A stretch of 64,000 bases of DNA from Pseudomonadota bacterium (GCA_021324455.1 JAJPJA010000139.1:6207-70206); one strand, 5' to 3'. Counted from the stretch's first letter, positions 28,353 through 38,157 are shown. Program-made: numbers and translations. The notes: generated by a model from the letters alone, not told the origin.

Positions 28353-28826
28353 TCAGCGCCGCATTCCACCGCCATGCATTCCGCCGCCGTGGAACCCGCC
28401 GCCGTGGAACCCGCCATGGAATCCGCCAAAGCCACCTCCCAGCCGTGCCCCGCCGAAATTGCGAGCGCCAAAGCCGCCAAAATTACCGCCATGGAACTCG
28501 TTATGCGAAACGAGGAAGCCCGGATTGTGCAGCGGATTCACTCCGAAGTTGTACGGATGGCCGAGCCAGGCGCGATTGCCCCATCCATGCCATCCGCCCC
28601 AGTCGTCATGGTCCCAATCGTCATGGTCCCAATCGCGATGGTAAGGATAGCCCCATCCACCGAAATCGCCCCATCCGTAACCGTACGAGGGATAGCCCCA
28701 ACTCGAGTAATATCCGGGATTGTATCCCGGATAGCCGCCGTAATAACCCGGCACATCCATGCAGCCTGCCAAACCAAACACCAGAACAACCAATCCGATA
28801 ACTGCGAACAGTTTTATGGTTTTCAT
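28353..28826 (-). CDS. low-complexity Gly/Tyr/Trp/His-rich lipoprotein
   Basis: Signal peptide with lipobox LAGC. The mature part consists of GYPGYNPGYY, DWDHDDWDHDDW and GGFHGGFHGGGFHGGGMHGGGM tracts. The ATG follows GAGG. Confidence 0.6.
   Translation of the reverse strand: MKTIKLFAVIGLVVLVFGLAGCMDVPGYYGGYPGYNPGYYSSWGYPSYGYGWGDFGGWGYPYHRDWDHDDWDHDDWGGWHGWGNRAWLGHPYNFGVNPLHNPGFLVSHNEFHGGNFGGFGARNFGGARLGGGFGGFHGGFHGGGFHGGGMHGGGMRR
28603..28632. repeat. perfect 15-nt tandem repeat inside the low-complexity lipoprotein CDS
   Basis: TCGTCATGGTCCCAA x2 encodes DWDHD x2 on the minus strand. A second perfect 15-nt tandem, GCCGTGGAACCCGCC x2, lies at 28386-28415. Confidence 0.9.
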
Positions 28827-28951
28827 GATCCTCAACGCCGACTGCGGCTGACGATCGACGGCTCAACGGCCCCTCACGGTCCGCCAGCCATCGCATCGGC
28901 GCGCCTGCGGCAGTGCGGCGCTCCCTGGTTGAAGCGGTACAGCAAGAGCCT

Positions 28952-29512
28952 TTACCTCGCGGCAGCGCGCGGACGCCCACGCCGGCGCCGCGGAACGCTC
29001 TCCTCAGCAGGGAGCTCTTCCGAAGCTTCGGCGGATTCCTTGTCGGCGGGCGATGGAGCAGCGGTTCTGTCCTCGCCCCACAGAATCGGGTTGTCGGCGC
29101 CGACGCGTTTGGAAAGCGACTCGCGAGCCTGCTGGCAATCCACGCACAGCAGAGTCCAGGGCATCGCCTGGAGGCGTTCGACGGGAATCTCCTCTTCGCA
29201 CATCTCGCACACGCCGTAACGTCCGTCGCGCAGGCGCTCGAGGGCGCTTTCGACCGCGGCCACGCGGCTGGCCGCCAGCTGAGCCATCGAGGCCACCAAT
29301 TCGCGGCTTTCATCCGAGGCGGCGCTGTCCCCCTCGTCGCCCACATTGCTCCACTCCAGAGGATTACGTTCGCGCATCGCGCGCATCCTGTGGATCTCCT
29401 GCAGACGCAGACCGGCGAGCAATGCGCGCAACTCGCGCGCTCGTTGGTCGGCGTAAAGATTGGAAACGTCCAGCGGCGCGGCCGCCGAAACAGTTTTTGA
29501 ATTGGATATCAT
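28952..29512 (-). CDS. DksA/TraR-family C4 zinc-finger protein with charged C-terminal extension
   Basis: GGAGGA lies 4 nt upstream of the ATG. Zinc-finger motif is CEMCEEEIPVERLQAMPWTLLCVDCQ. About 60 extra C-terminal residues end in RRRRGRPRAAAR. Confidence 0.75.
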   Translation of the reverse strand: MISNSKTVSAAAPLDVSNLYADQRARELRALLAGLRLQEIHRMRAMRERNPLEWSNVGDEGDSAASDESRELVASMAQLAASRVAAVESALERLRDGRYGVCEMCEEEIPVERLQAMPWTLLCVDCQQARESLSKRVGADNPILWGEDRTAAPSPADKESAEASEELPAEESVPRRRRGRPRAAAR

Positions 29513-29650
29513 GTATTCCTCCAAATTCTGTGAGCCTGGAATACCGGCTGAAGCCAGCCTCTATTCCCAAAGCAGTCCGGAAATGTCTCAAACGACGATC
29601 CGAGCGGGCGGCGTGCGCGGCATCGACCGGCGCGCCGACGCCAAAGGCGA

Positions 29651-29998
29651 TTATGCCGGCTCGGAACTGTCCGCGGAGGCAGGCGCCAGGAGCCGGCGCA
29701 CGGGCCAGATTTCGATTGGCCACGACGGAAGATCGACTCTCGCTGCGCGCAGCGCCGTCCGGCGGTTGGCCGGAACATCGGGCAGCAGGGCGGTCGCATA
29801 GGGTGGCCGCGGCGCGGCGCTGCGGGGAGCTACTTCCTGCAGCGCGTGGCGCGTCAGTTGCGGGCGCGAGGCGGTAATTGCGGTCGAGGCGCTATCGCCA
29901 ACGGATCGAAAGGGCCGCGCAACCTGAGCCACGCTCAATACGGATAGAAATCCGATAAGGAGCAGCGCGAGCCCGATGGATTGGCGATATTGTCGCAT
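29651..29998 (-). CDS. hypothetical signal-anchored protein
   Basis: 115 aa with an N-terminal hydrophobic segment and acceptable codon usage. No recognisable family and no clear SD. Confidence 0.35.
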   Translation of the reverse strand: MRQYRQSIGLALLLIGFLSVLSVAQVARPFRSVGDSASTAITASRPQLTRHALQEVAPRSAAPRPPYATALLPDVPANRRTALRAARVDLPSWPIEIWPVRRLLAPASADSSEPA

Positions 29999-30158
29999 TT
30001 AGGCGCCTCTACCGGAGAGACGATCCGGGTACAGGCTTTATTCAAATTCCATGCCGCAACGGCGCGCCGGCTGGCCCCTCGCCCGAGCACCGCGCCGCCG
30101 GAACAGCTAACTGTATTGCGGCTTTTTTACCGCCGATTTATTGCTCAGAGGCCTCGAT

Positions 30159-31559
30159 CTAATGGCCCGGGGGCCCTCCCGGCAGCGACTGTCCGGTCGC
30201 GCGGTCCACCTGCGATTTGGCCAACGAATAGCTGTACAAGGCGTTGGCGTAGTTGGCGTCGTCTTCGGTGTAATGCCGCTGAGCGTCTTCCAGTTCGACA
30301 ATATTGGTCAGTCCGGCCTCGTATCGCTTTTCGGCCAGTTCAAGCTCAACGCTCGACGCCGCCACGGCAGCTTCGGCGCGCCGAATCCGATCGAGCGACG
30401 CCTGCCAGTCGAGAAACGCGGTCTTTACCTGCAGGATTACGCGCTGGCGCAAATCGTCGAACGCATGCTCCAGCGCTTCCTGCTGGAGCCTGGTCTCCTC
30501 CACCTGATGCGTGGTGAGAAAGCCGTTGAACATCGGCCAGGTGATGACCAGGCCGACGTTGAAATTGTTGATCGCCGGCAACCCGGTGCCCATGGCGTTG
30601 TAACCGCCGACCGCGTTGGCGGTAGGCAGAAAATCGCTGCGATATTGTTTGATCACCGCGCCCATCGCACGAATCTGATCTTCGATTGCGGCAAGGTCGG
30701 GCCGATCGCGCATCGCGATCCGCACCAGGGCGCCCATGGTTGCGTTAATCTTGCTGTAGGTCAGAACGTCCGCCGGACGGTAATCCGGCGCCGCCTCGCT
30801 CAGTCCCATGGCATTATCCAGCGCCACCTTGCCGTCGGCGACGGCGTTGCGCGCGTCAACCAGCCGCAGTTGTGCGCGCTCCAATTCCGCCTGGGTGACG
30901 TAAACGTCAAGCTGCGGACGCAAGGCGGCGTTGGCCTTCACCTGGGCTTCATGCAGATGGTAGCGCCGCTGCTCCACCGCTTTTTCGTAAACCCGTACCA
31001 GCTGTTGGGCGGCCAGCAGGCTGAAATAGCGCTGCGAGACCTCAAAAATCAGGTCCAATTCGACCAGTAATTCCTGCGCCTTGGCGGCCGCAGCTTCATA
31101 GCGGCGCTGTTCGACGTAGCCGCGCCGGCGGCCGAAATCGAGCAGGAATTGCGAGATGCTGAAGCCGCCCAGATAGTTGTTGTAGGTGTCAGCCACCTGA
31201 CTGAAGTCGTTGGAGGGCAGGTCATGATTGCGGCCCGATTCGCGCGGAAACATCCCGCCCACATCGTAATATTGAGTGTTGCCGATCCCGTTGGCGGTGG
31301 TGCGCAGGTATTGCGCGCTGCTGTACACCTGCGGCAACAGTTCGGAGCTCGCCTCGCCCACCCGTTGCGCCGCCGCGCCGCTGTTGGCCGCCGCCTCGCG
31401 CCGCCGCGGATGGAACCGCAGGGCAATCGCGATCGCGTCCTTGAGGGTGAGCTGGGAGCCCGGGGTTATCGGACTCTGGTTGGCAGCCGGCATCGCCAGC
31501 CCGGGCAGCCCAATCATGATACAGCAGGCCAAAGCCACTCTGCTCCAGGTTTTGTTCAT
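30159..31559 (-). CDS. TolC-family outer membrane efflux protein
   Basis: 466 aa with a signal peptide and two repeated coiled-coil/beta halves typical of OMF proteins. It is the last gene of the RND operon. Confidence 0.8.
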   Translation of the reverse strand: MNKTWSRVALACCIMIGLPGLAMPAANQSPITPGSQLTLKDAIAIALRFHPRRREAAANSGAAAQRVGEASSELLPQVYSSAQYLRTTANGIGNTQYYDVGGMFPRESGRNHDLPSNDFSQVADTYNNYLGGFSISQFLLDFGRRRGYVEQRRYEAAAAKAQELLVELDLIFEVSQRYFSLLAAQQLVRVYEKAVEQRRYHLHEAQVKANAALRPQLDVYVTQAELERAQLRLVDARNAVADGKVALDNAMGLSEAAPDYRPADVLTYSKINATMGALVRIAMRDRPDLAAIEDQIRAMGAVIKQYRSDFLPTANAVGGYNAMGTGLPAINNFNVGLVITWPMFNGFLTTHQVEETRLQQEALEHAFDDLRQRVILQVKTAFLDWQASLDRIRRAEAAVAASSVELELAEKRYEAGLTNIVELEDAQRHYTEDDANYANALYSYSLAKSQVDRATGQSLPGGPPGH

Positions 31560-31585
31560 GAACCAATCTCTCCCTGCCTGAACCG

Positions 31586-32746
31586 CTACTCCTGGCTGGC
31601 GACATCGGCGCTGTCGCTCTTGCTGACCATGTATTGAACCGCCTCGCCGGCGCGCAATGTCGGGCGCACCGCGCTGACCACCAGTTCGTCACCGCTCAAG
31701 CCCGAAGTGATCTCGGCATAGCGGCCGTCATTGATGCCGATGGCGACCGGTTTTTTCACCAGATGTCCGTCGGCAACGACATAAACATAGGGCGATTTCC
31801 CCAGCTCTCCGATGCTGCCGATCGGCAGGCGCATGGCGTCGGGATGCCGCACCAGGTCGAGCGTGACGTGAGCATACATCCGCGGATAAAGCTGATGGGA
31901 CGGATTATCGATATCGATCTCGGTCATCATGGTGCGGGTGGCCAGATCCAGCGAGTTGGCGTAGCGGGCAACCACTCCGCTAAAGCTGCGTCCGGGAAAT
32001 TCCTCGAAGCGCAAGGTGGCCGGGGTCCCGCGGCGAATCAACGCGACCACCTGTTCGGGAACGTAAACATAAACCCGCAGCTTGTCGATTTTCGCCATCG
32101 TCAGCACCGGTCCGCCGCCGCCGCGATGGCCGCCCGCTCCTTCCACCGCACCGGGCGAAACCAAACCCGACATCTCGTTGACGCCGATATCGCCGCCGCC
32201 CGCCCGGATCAGGGCGCCGGGGTCGGCGAAACGGCCGGTGATCACGCCGTCGAACGGCGCCACGATTTTGGTGTAATCGCACATCGTGTGCAGCGTTTCC
32301 ACGGTCGCCTTGGCCTGTTGGAATTTGGCGAATGCGACGTCGACATCCTGCTGCGAAACCAGACGCGGATCGCTCTGCTGCACCTTGCGCAGCCGGTCGT
32401 AGGTGATGGTCTGGATCGACAGGTTGGCCTCGGCCTGACGCAGATTGGAGTGCAGTTCCGGCACCTGGATGGTGGCGAGCACCTGGCCCGCTTTGACCCA
32501 GTCGCCTTTGTCCACCGTGATGGTTTGAAGATAGCCGGTTACCTTGGCGTGCAGCGCAGCCTCATAGAAGCCCACCAGATCTCCGGGCAGCTCGATCGAG
32601 CGCATCATGTCCGCGCGCTGCGGACGCGTCACGCTGACTACCGGCTTGGGTAGAGTTGTTTTGGTCTCGGCCGGCGCCTCGCAGCCGGCAACCGCGGCGG
32701 CAAACGCCAGCGCCGCAAGCAGCACCATCGGACGGTACGTTGTCAC
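31586..32746 (-). CDS. efflux RND periplasmic adaptor (MFP/HlyD family)
   Basis: Lipobox AGC, a biotinyl-lipoyl-like motif (VDKGDWVKAGQVLATI) and beta-barrel and MP domains. Its start abuts the RND stop. Confidence 0.85.
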   Translation of the reverse strand: MTTYRPMVLLAALAFAAAVAGCEAPAETKTTLPKPVVSVTRPQRADMMRSIELPGDLVGFYEAALHAKVTGYLQTITVDKGDWVKAGQVLATIQVPELHSNLRQAEANLSIQTITYDRLRKVQQSDPRLVSQQDVDVAFAKFQQAKATVETLHTMCDYTKIVAPFDGVITGRFADPGALIRAGGGDIGVNEMSGLVSPGAVEGAGGHRGGGGPVLTMAKIDKLRVYVYVPEQVVALIRRGTPATLRFEEFPGRSFSGVVARYANSLDLATRTMMTEIDIDNPSHQLYPRMYAHVTLDLVRHPDAMRLPIGSIGELGKSPYVYVVADGHLVKKPVAIGINDGRYAEITSGLSGDELVVSAVRPTLRAGEAVQYMVSKSDSADVASQE

Positions 32747-35700
32747 TTACCTACTTTCCTCCCTGCGCGCATAGAAAAATTCGTAGATGCTGGGAACCAG
32801 GAACAGTGTCAGTATGGTCGATACGGCCAAGCCGCCGACCGCGGCGCGGGCCAGCGGCGCCGACGCTTCGGAGCCCTCGCCCAGCTTCAGCGCGATCGGC
32901 ATCAGCCCGGCCACCGTGGCCAGCGCCGTCATCAGGATCGGACGCATCCGGATGCGCGCCGAATCCACTACGGCGCGCCGCAGCACCTCTCCCTGACGGC
33001 GCCGCTCGTTGGCGAAGTCCACCAGCAGAATCGAGTTTGAAACCACAATCCCGACCATCACGATGATGCCCATGAACGATTCGATGTTGAGGGTCGTGTC
33101 GGTTGCCCACAGGGTCCAGATGACGCCGATCAGACCCATCGGCACCGCGAACATGATGATGAACGGATCCAGGAAGGATCGAAATTGCGCCACCATCACC
33201 AGGTACAGCAGGATCACGGCGAGCCCCAGTCCAAGACCAAAGCTGGAAAACGACGCGTGCATCGCGGCGACCGAGCCCAGGTAATCGATCGATACTCCCG
33301 CCGGCATTTTCAGATTCTCAAGCCGCTTCTGGATCGCGATCTGGGTGCCGCCCAGATCCTGCGTGCTGGGAGCGACCAGCACGTCGACCACGCGCTGGAT
33401 GTTGTAATGGTCGGCTTCGGACGGATTGGTTTCGTGCGCGATGGTCGCGACGTCGCGCAGCAGCAGGCTCTGCGCGTGTCCGTCTTCGCCGCTGTAGCTG
33501 CGCACCGGGATGTTCTCCAGCGACTGGATCGCGTCGAAACCAGAGGCCGCCTCGCGGTACTGCGCGGTCAGGAAGTAGTCGTCATTGTTGTGATGGTCGA
33601 TCCAGATCGAGGGCGACAGGTAGAGGTTGGAATTGAGCGCCGTGATTACCGACGATACCACCTGCTTCTGCGTCAATCCCAGGCGCGCCGCCTTGATCCG
33701 ATCCACCTTGATATTGAGGGTCGGGTACTCGGCTTCCTGCGGAATGAAGGTCTGCGAAACCGCCGGCATCGCCGCTATGGTGCGCTGAACCTCAAACGCC
33801 GTACTGAACAGGGTCTTGAATTCGGGCCCCCGCAGTTGCACGTCGATCGGAGCCTGCGCGCCGAAGTTCAGCACCGCGTCGATGATGCTGCCGGAGGAAA
33901 ATAACGTCGTCGCCTCGGGCAGGTCGCGCGGCAGCACACGCTTGAGCCGCTCGACGTAGTATCTGGTCGGCCGCTGATGATCCTCTTTGAGTTCGACCTC
34001 GATAAATCCGGTCTCCTGCGAGGAATTGGGCGAGTAGATGGCCGAGATGCTGGGGGCCAGCCCGATGTTGGAGACCACCATCTCAAGGTCATGCGGGGGA
34101 ATCACCTTGCGGATCTCGGCCTCGATTTGACGCGCCAACGCGGTAGTCAATTCCAGGCGCGTGCCCGGAGCGGCGCGGAAGTTGATCGTAAAGGTGCCGG
34201 CGTCGGTTTCGGGAAACAGCTCCGACCCCAGCCGCGGATACATCGCCAGGCTGACGACGAAGAGCAGAGCCGCCCCCAGCACCACGACCAGCTTGTGATC
34301 CAAAGCATGCGTCAGGATCCGCTCATAGCGATGGGCGAAGCGCTCGTACACGCGGTTGAAGCCGGCCAGCAGCCCGCCGCCTTCGCTGTGTTCGGCCGCC
34401 TGGGCGTCTTCGATGGTCAGGAAGCGGGCGCAGAAAATCGGAATTACGCTCATCGCCACCAAGTACGACGCCGCCATCGACAGCACCACGGCCAGCGCCA
34501 GCGCGCTGAACAGATACTTGGCCACCCCGAACAGGAACATGACGGGAAAGAACACGATGCAGGTGGTCACGGTGGAAGCGAGCACCGGCAGCGCGACTTC
34601 CTGGGCGCCGTCCAGCGCCGCCGCCATCGGTTCCTTGCCCATTTCAAGATGGCGGTTGATGTTCTCCAGCACCACCACGGAATCGTCCACCAGGCGCCCG
34701 ATCGCCAGCGCGAAGCCGCCCAGTGTCATGATGTTGATGGTCGATCCGTTCAGGTACAGGCCAAAGGCGCCGGCCAGAATCGAAAGCGGAATGGAGAGGA
34801 AAATCGCGAACGTGGATCGGAAGCTGCCCAGGAAAATCAGGATCATGACCGAGGCCAGCACCGAACCGGAAATCGCCTCGTGGGCCAGTGTCTTGACCGC
34901 CTGGCGCACGTAGATCGACTGGTCGAAGATGGTCTTCAGTTTCATCCCGGGCGGCAGACCGAACACTTTGGGCACCAAATCCTTGATTCCGTTGACGACC
35001 GAGATGGTATTGGCGCCGACCTGACGCAGGACTGGAACATAGACCGACGGACGGCCGTCGATCAGCACCTTGTTGTACTGAATCTGCGAGGAGTCCTCGA
35101 CCGAACCGACGTCCCCCAACAGCACGGGAGCCTGGCCGCGCCCGATTTTCACCGGAACGTTGTTGATGTTCCGGACCTTCGGAATCATGCTGTTGGAATA
35201 GATGTAGTAGTCGGTAGGGCCGATCTTGGCGTCGCCCGCGGGCAGGATCAGGTTGGATTGGTCGATGGCATGGACCACATCCATCAGGGACATTCCGCGC
35301 GCCTGCAACGCCTCGCGATTGACGTAGGCCATGATCTGGCGGAACTTGCCGCCGAACGGAATCGGCACCGAAGCGCCGGCTACCGTCGCCAACTGGTTGC
35401 GCACGTTATAGCGGGCCTGGTCCTCGAGCTGGGTCTCGTCGTAAGCCTGCCCTTCCAGCGTCACCAGGACAACCGGCAGCGAAGAGGCGTCATACTGCAG
35501 AACCAGCGGCGGCAGCGTGCCGGGCGGCATGATCCCCAGATCGGCCATCGCCAAGGTGCCCATCTGGGCCGCGGCCGTAGCGGCGTCGGTGCCCGGTTGA
35601 AAAAAGACTTTGATTATACTTACGCCCGCCAGCGAACGCGATTCGATATGTTCAATATTGCTGCCTAAAGTGAAGAACCGCTCGTAGCGGAAGGTGATGT

Positions 35701-35878
35701 TGTCTTCCATGTCCAGCGGCGGCATCCCCTGGTAGAAGGTCGCAATGACTACCGCCGGAATCTTTATGTTGGGGAACACGTCGACCGGCATCTTGCCGAA
35801 CGCCGTGATTCCTAAAATTGTGATCGCCAGAGCGCCTACGATTATGGTGTAGGGATTGCGCAGTGCGAATTTAGGCAT
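32747..35878 (-). CDS. RND efflux transporter permease (AcrB/CzcA superfamily)
   Basis: 1043 aa with 12-TM architecture, two large periplasmic loops and the N-terminal ALRNPYTIIVGALAITILG pattern. Confidence 0.92.
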   Translation of the reverse strand: MPKFALRNPYTIIVGALAITILGITAFGKMPVDVFPNIKIPAVVIATFYQGMPPLDMEDNITFRYERFFTLGSNIEHIESRSLAGVSIIKVFFQPGTDAATAAAQMGTLAMADLGIMPPGTLPPLVLQYDASSLPVVLVTLEGQAYDETQLEDQARYNVRNQLATVAGASVPIPFGGKFRQIMAYVNREALQARGMSLMDVVHAIDQSNLILPAGDAKIGPTDYYIYSNSMIPKVRNINNVPVKIGRGQAPVLLGDVGSVEDSSQIQYNKVLIDGRPSVYVPVLRQVGANTISVVNGIKDLVPKVFGLPPGMKLKTIFDQSIYVRQAVKTLAHEAISGSVLASVMILIFLGSFRSTFAIFLSIPLSILAGAFGLYLNGSTINIMTLGGFALAIGRLVDDSVVVLENINRHLEMGKEPMAAALDGAQEVALPVLASTVTTCIVFFPVMFLFGVAKYLFSALALAVVLSMAASYLVAMSVIPIFCARFLTIEDAQAAEHSEGGGLLAGFNRVYERFAHRYERILTHALDHKLVVVLGAALLFVVSLAMYPRLGSELFPETDAGTFTINFRAAPGTRLELTTALARQIEAEIRKVIPPHDLEMVVSNIGLAPSISAIYSPNSSQETGFIEVELKEDHQRPTRYYVERLKRVLPRDLPEATTLFSSGSIIDAVLNFGAQAPIDVQLRGPEFKTLFSTAFEVQRTIAAMPAVSQTFIPQEAEYPTLNIKVDRIKAARLGLTQKQVVSSVITALNSNLYLSPSIWIDHHNNDDYFLTAQYREAASGFDAIQSLENIPVRSYSGEDGHAQSLLLRDVATIAHETNPSEADHYNIQRVVDVLVAPSTQDLGGTQIAIQKRLENLKMPAGVSIDYLGSVAAMHASFSSFGLGLGLAVILLYLVMVAQFRSFLDPFIIMFAVPMGLIGVIWTLWATDTTLNIESFMGIIVMVGIVVSNSILLVDFANERRRQGEVLRRAVVDSARIRMRPILMTALATVAGLMPIALKLGEGSEASAPLARAAVGGLAVSTILTLFLVPSIYEFFYARREESR

Positions 35879-35933
35879 CTTTGCAGATTCTCCAATCCTT
35901 CAGCTCAGCGGCCGCAACCGGAGCTTTCCCCGT

Positions 35934-36398
35934 TTACGACTCTCGATTCGCGCCGCCCGGCGGATTTGTACCGTCCTTGGGTCTGATCGTGAGCACCGGG
36001 CAGTCCGCTTCGCGAACGATAGTTTCGGTAACGCTGCCCAAAATGAAATGCGCCAGACCGGTCCTGCCATGCGTGGCCATCACGATCAGGTCGGCGCGGA
36101 TTTCGGCGGCCACTTCGATTATTGCGGTTTCCGGAATTCCGGGGCGTACCATCACCTCGTACTCGACGCCGCCATCCAGCCGCTGGCGCGCGATCCGGCT
36201 CAGGCTGTTCTCTGCCTCGACTTCCCAGTGTGGATGCGGCGCGATGGCGACCGGAACATCCATGTCCGGTCCCGGAGTACGTGGAACATTGAGAAGGTAG
36301 AGTTTGGCGCCGTTGAGCCGGGCAAGTTCCGCGGCGTAACTCAACGCGGACAGTGAATCGTCCTCCAGAACCACCGGACACAGTATCGCGCGCAGCAT
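35934..36398 (-). CDS. universal stress protein (UspA family)
   Basis: 154 aa. Contains VMATHGRTGLAHFILGSVTETIVREADCPVLTIR, the ATP-binding G-2x-G-9x-G(S/T) type. Confidence 0.8.
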   Translation of the reverse strand: MLRAILCPVVLEDDSLSALSYAAELARLNGAKLYLLNVPRTPGPDMDVPVAIAPHPHWEVEAENSLSRIARQRLDGGVEYEVMVRPGIPETAIIEVAAEIRADLIVMATHGRTGLAHFILGSVTETIVREADCPVLTIRPKDGTNPPGGANRES

Positions 36399-36885
36399 TT
36401 TGATAACCCCTGACGGGCCGATCTAACGTCCACGCCGCGGTTGGGATGGACCCCTCAAACCGCGAACCTGCCCGATCGACGCACGCCTTTTTCTGAGCTT
36501 ACACGCCGGATCTCGGCGGCCGGCTGCCGAATTCGTGCTCCCCGTTGCGTGCGCGGCCGGGTCAGGCGCCGCGCCGCCGCCTTCATCCTTCGCACCTGCT
36601 TTTCCACTGGCACAAGAGGCTATCGCCAGCATTAAAGAATCTGCGTTTGCCGCTTCAGAAGGGTCGGAGCGGCCCACCAGGTATTGGGCAGCGCGCCGCA
36701 GGGCAGCGTTGGCGGCAAGGTGGCGAATCGAGAGGAATTCGGCCCACATACACCAAATCTTCGCCTTGTAACCCGTGGTGAGATCCATGTTCATCCACCA
36801 TTGTTGAAGAACGGAAATGTTCTCGCTGCGAGGCGGACGCAATGCCGCTGCGCAGCAGTAAAATCGTCGGACAGCGAAAAGCCGG

Positions 36886-37299
36886 CTATGAAACGGACCA
36901 GGCGCTGGGGTCCGGGTCGCGGGATCTGGAGCGTGGGATATGACGATAGACCGCGGCAAACACAATGCACCAGTTGTCCGGCATGCGCGCGCCAGCCAGC
37001 TTGGGCCCGGGCTCGCGGAGCTGCGTCAGCAGCGGGGGATCGCCGGACAAGAAGGAAGGATACGGTCCCGGAAGCTTGGGAATCCCGATTCCGACCTCCA
37101 GGTAGGTGTGACGACTGATTCCCTGGTGGGTTTGGCGCCAGTCGGGGGCGAAGTTGAACTTCGCGCGGCTCAGGGGGGTTACCACCCCAGACGTGATCAG
37201 GGCAAAAAAGAATAGCGCGAGGACCGCACGACCGCACAGCCATGAGAAGCGCGCGCCATTCATGGATCTTATTGCGCCAAAATTAACGGCCCAAGGCAA
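36886..37299 (-). CDS. hypothetical protein with N-terminal hydrophobic segment (start and integrity uncertain)
   Basis: Third-position GC is good through most of the ORF. The alternative ATG is at 37263. The reading frame quality decays near the 3' end (see finding). Confidence 0.3.
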   Translation of the reverse strand: MPWAVNFGAIRSMNGARFSWLCGRAVLALFFFALITSGVVTPLSRAKFNFAPDWRQTHQGISRHTYLEVGIGIPKLPGPYPSFLSGDPPLLTQLREPGPKLAGARMPDNWCIVFAAVYRHIPRSRSRDPDPSAWSVS

Positions 37300-37373
37300 C
37301 AGCTCCGGATTTCTCCGCTCCAGTGCTTGCTTTTTTCACTTGCTTAAACCGGAGGATACGCATTTTTATCGGG

Positions 37374-37589
37374 TCAGGCGCAAAGACGTGCAGGATTCTC
37401 GCCGTTCGCCGCGAAACGCGGACGCAGCCGCAGCATCCCATGTTCATCACGATAAGCCTCTTCGCCGTTAAACGCACCGCGGCTGCCGTCGGGAAAAACG
37501 AACCCGTCCTCGCTCCAGACTCCGCCGCGGCCTTCCACCTCCGCCATTCGCGTCACTTTGATGCTGGCCAATTCCTGCGCGATAGTCAT
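37374..37589 (-). CDS. small hypothetical protein (71 aa)
   Basis: GGAG lies 9 nt upstream of the ATG (MTIAQEL) and codon usage is coding-like. No family recognised. Confidence 0.35.
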   Translation of the reverse strand: MTIAQELASIKVTRMAEVEGRGGVWSEDGFVFPDGSRGAFNGEEAYRDEHGMLRLRPRFAANGENPARLCA

Positions 37590-37713
37590 GACCATGAACT
37601 CCATTATGCCTGTGAGCAGCTTCAATATTTTGAAGAGCTTCAATTTTTCGGACGGCACGGCCAGCTGAAGCGGAGCGAAGGCGGCATCGGGCCGCCCTCG
37701 CTCATTCAAGCAC

Positions 37714-38157
37714 CTAGCCTACCTCCACCCTCTCGTTCGGGATGCCGGTGACGCATTTGTCCGCGGCGCGCAGGTGGTCGATGGCCTGCGCATACCGGCC
37801 GTTGCCAAACGCCCGGACTCCGGCGCCGTACTCGGCTTCCGCCTGCGAGCTGTAGAAGGAGCTCCGCTTGGCGTGCCGCAGATGGCGGCCGACGTCGCGA
37901 ATGAGGAGCTGAGCCTGCTCCTTGGAATCCATGACCGCCATTTGCGTCGCCGGGTTTGCGCTCTTGAGCGGCGCGGTCTGCAGGCTCATACCGGTCACGT
38001 CGCTCGGTTTGATTCCCGGCGGCAGTTTGGCCGCCACTTCCGGTGTCAGCGGGACCAAAGTCAGCCCGCCGAAACTCGCGGTTGCCGGTCCGTAGATTCC
38101 GCCCGTCAGCAGCATCCCCGAAACCAGCGCCGCCGCCGTCCTTTTGAAAATACGCAT
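37714..38157 (-). CDS. secreted hypothetical protein
   Basis: AAGGAGGA upstream of the ATG (MRIFKRT), a signal peptide ending ATA/SF, and a TPR-like C-terminal helix pair. Confidence 0.55.
   Translation of the reverse strand: MRIFKRTAAALVSGMLLTGGIYGPATASFGGLTLVPLTPEVAAKLPPGIKPSDVTGMSLQTAPLKSANPATQMAVMDSKEQAQLLIRDVGRHLRHAKRSSFYSSQAEAEYGAGVRAFGNGRYAQAIDHLRAADKCVTGIPNERVEVG

Noticed and set aside
28353-28835. Short perfect direct repeats, considered as a possible CRISPR-like array
   Set aside because: The repeats are 15-nt head-to-tail units without spacers, in frame within a coding sequence. They encode the low-complexity protein.
33977-35668. 563-aa plus-strand ORF antisense to the RND permease
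   Set aside because: Shadow ORF. The minus strand encodes an unmistakable 12-TM RND protein, and the plus-frame translation is Arg/His/Gly/Asp-rich low complexity.
36423-36794. 123-aa minus-strand ORF (MNMDLTTGYK...)
   Set aside because: It has a weak SD, mixed third-position composition and a Gly/Ala then Arg-rich tail with no motif. It is reported only as part of the ambiguous region finding.
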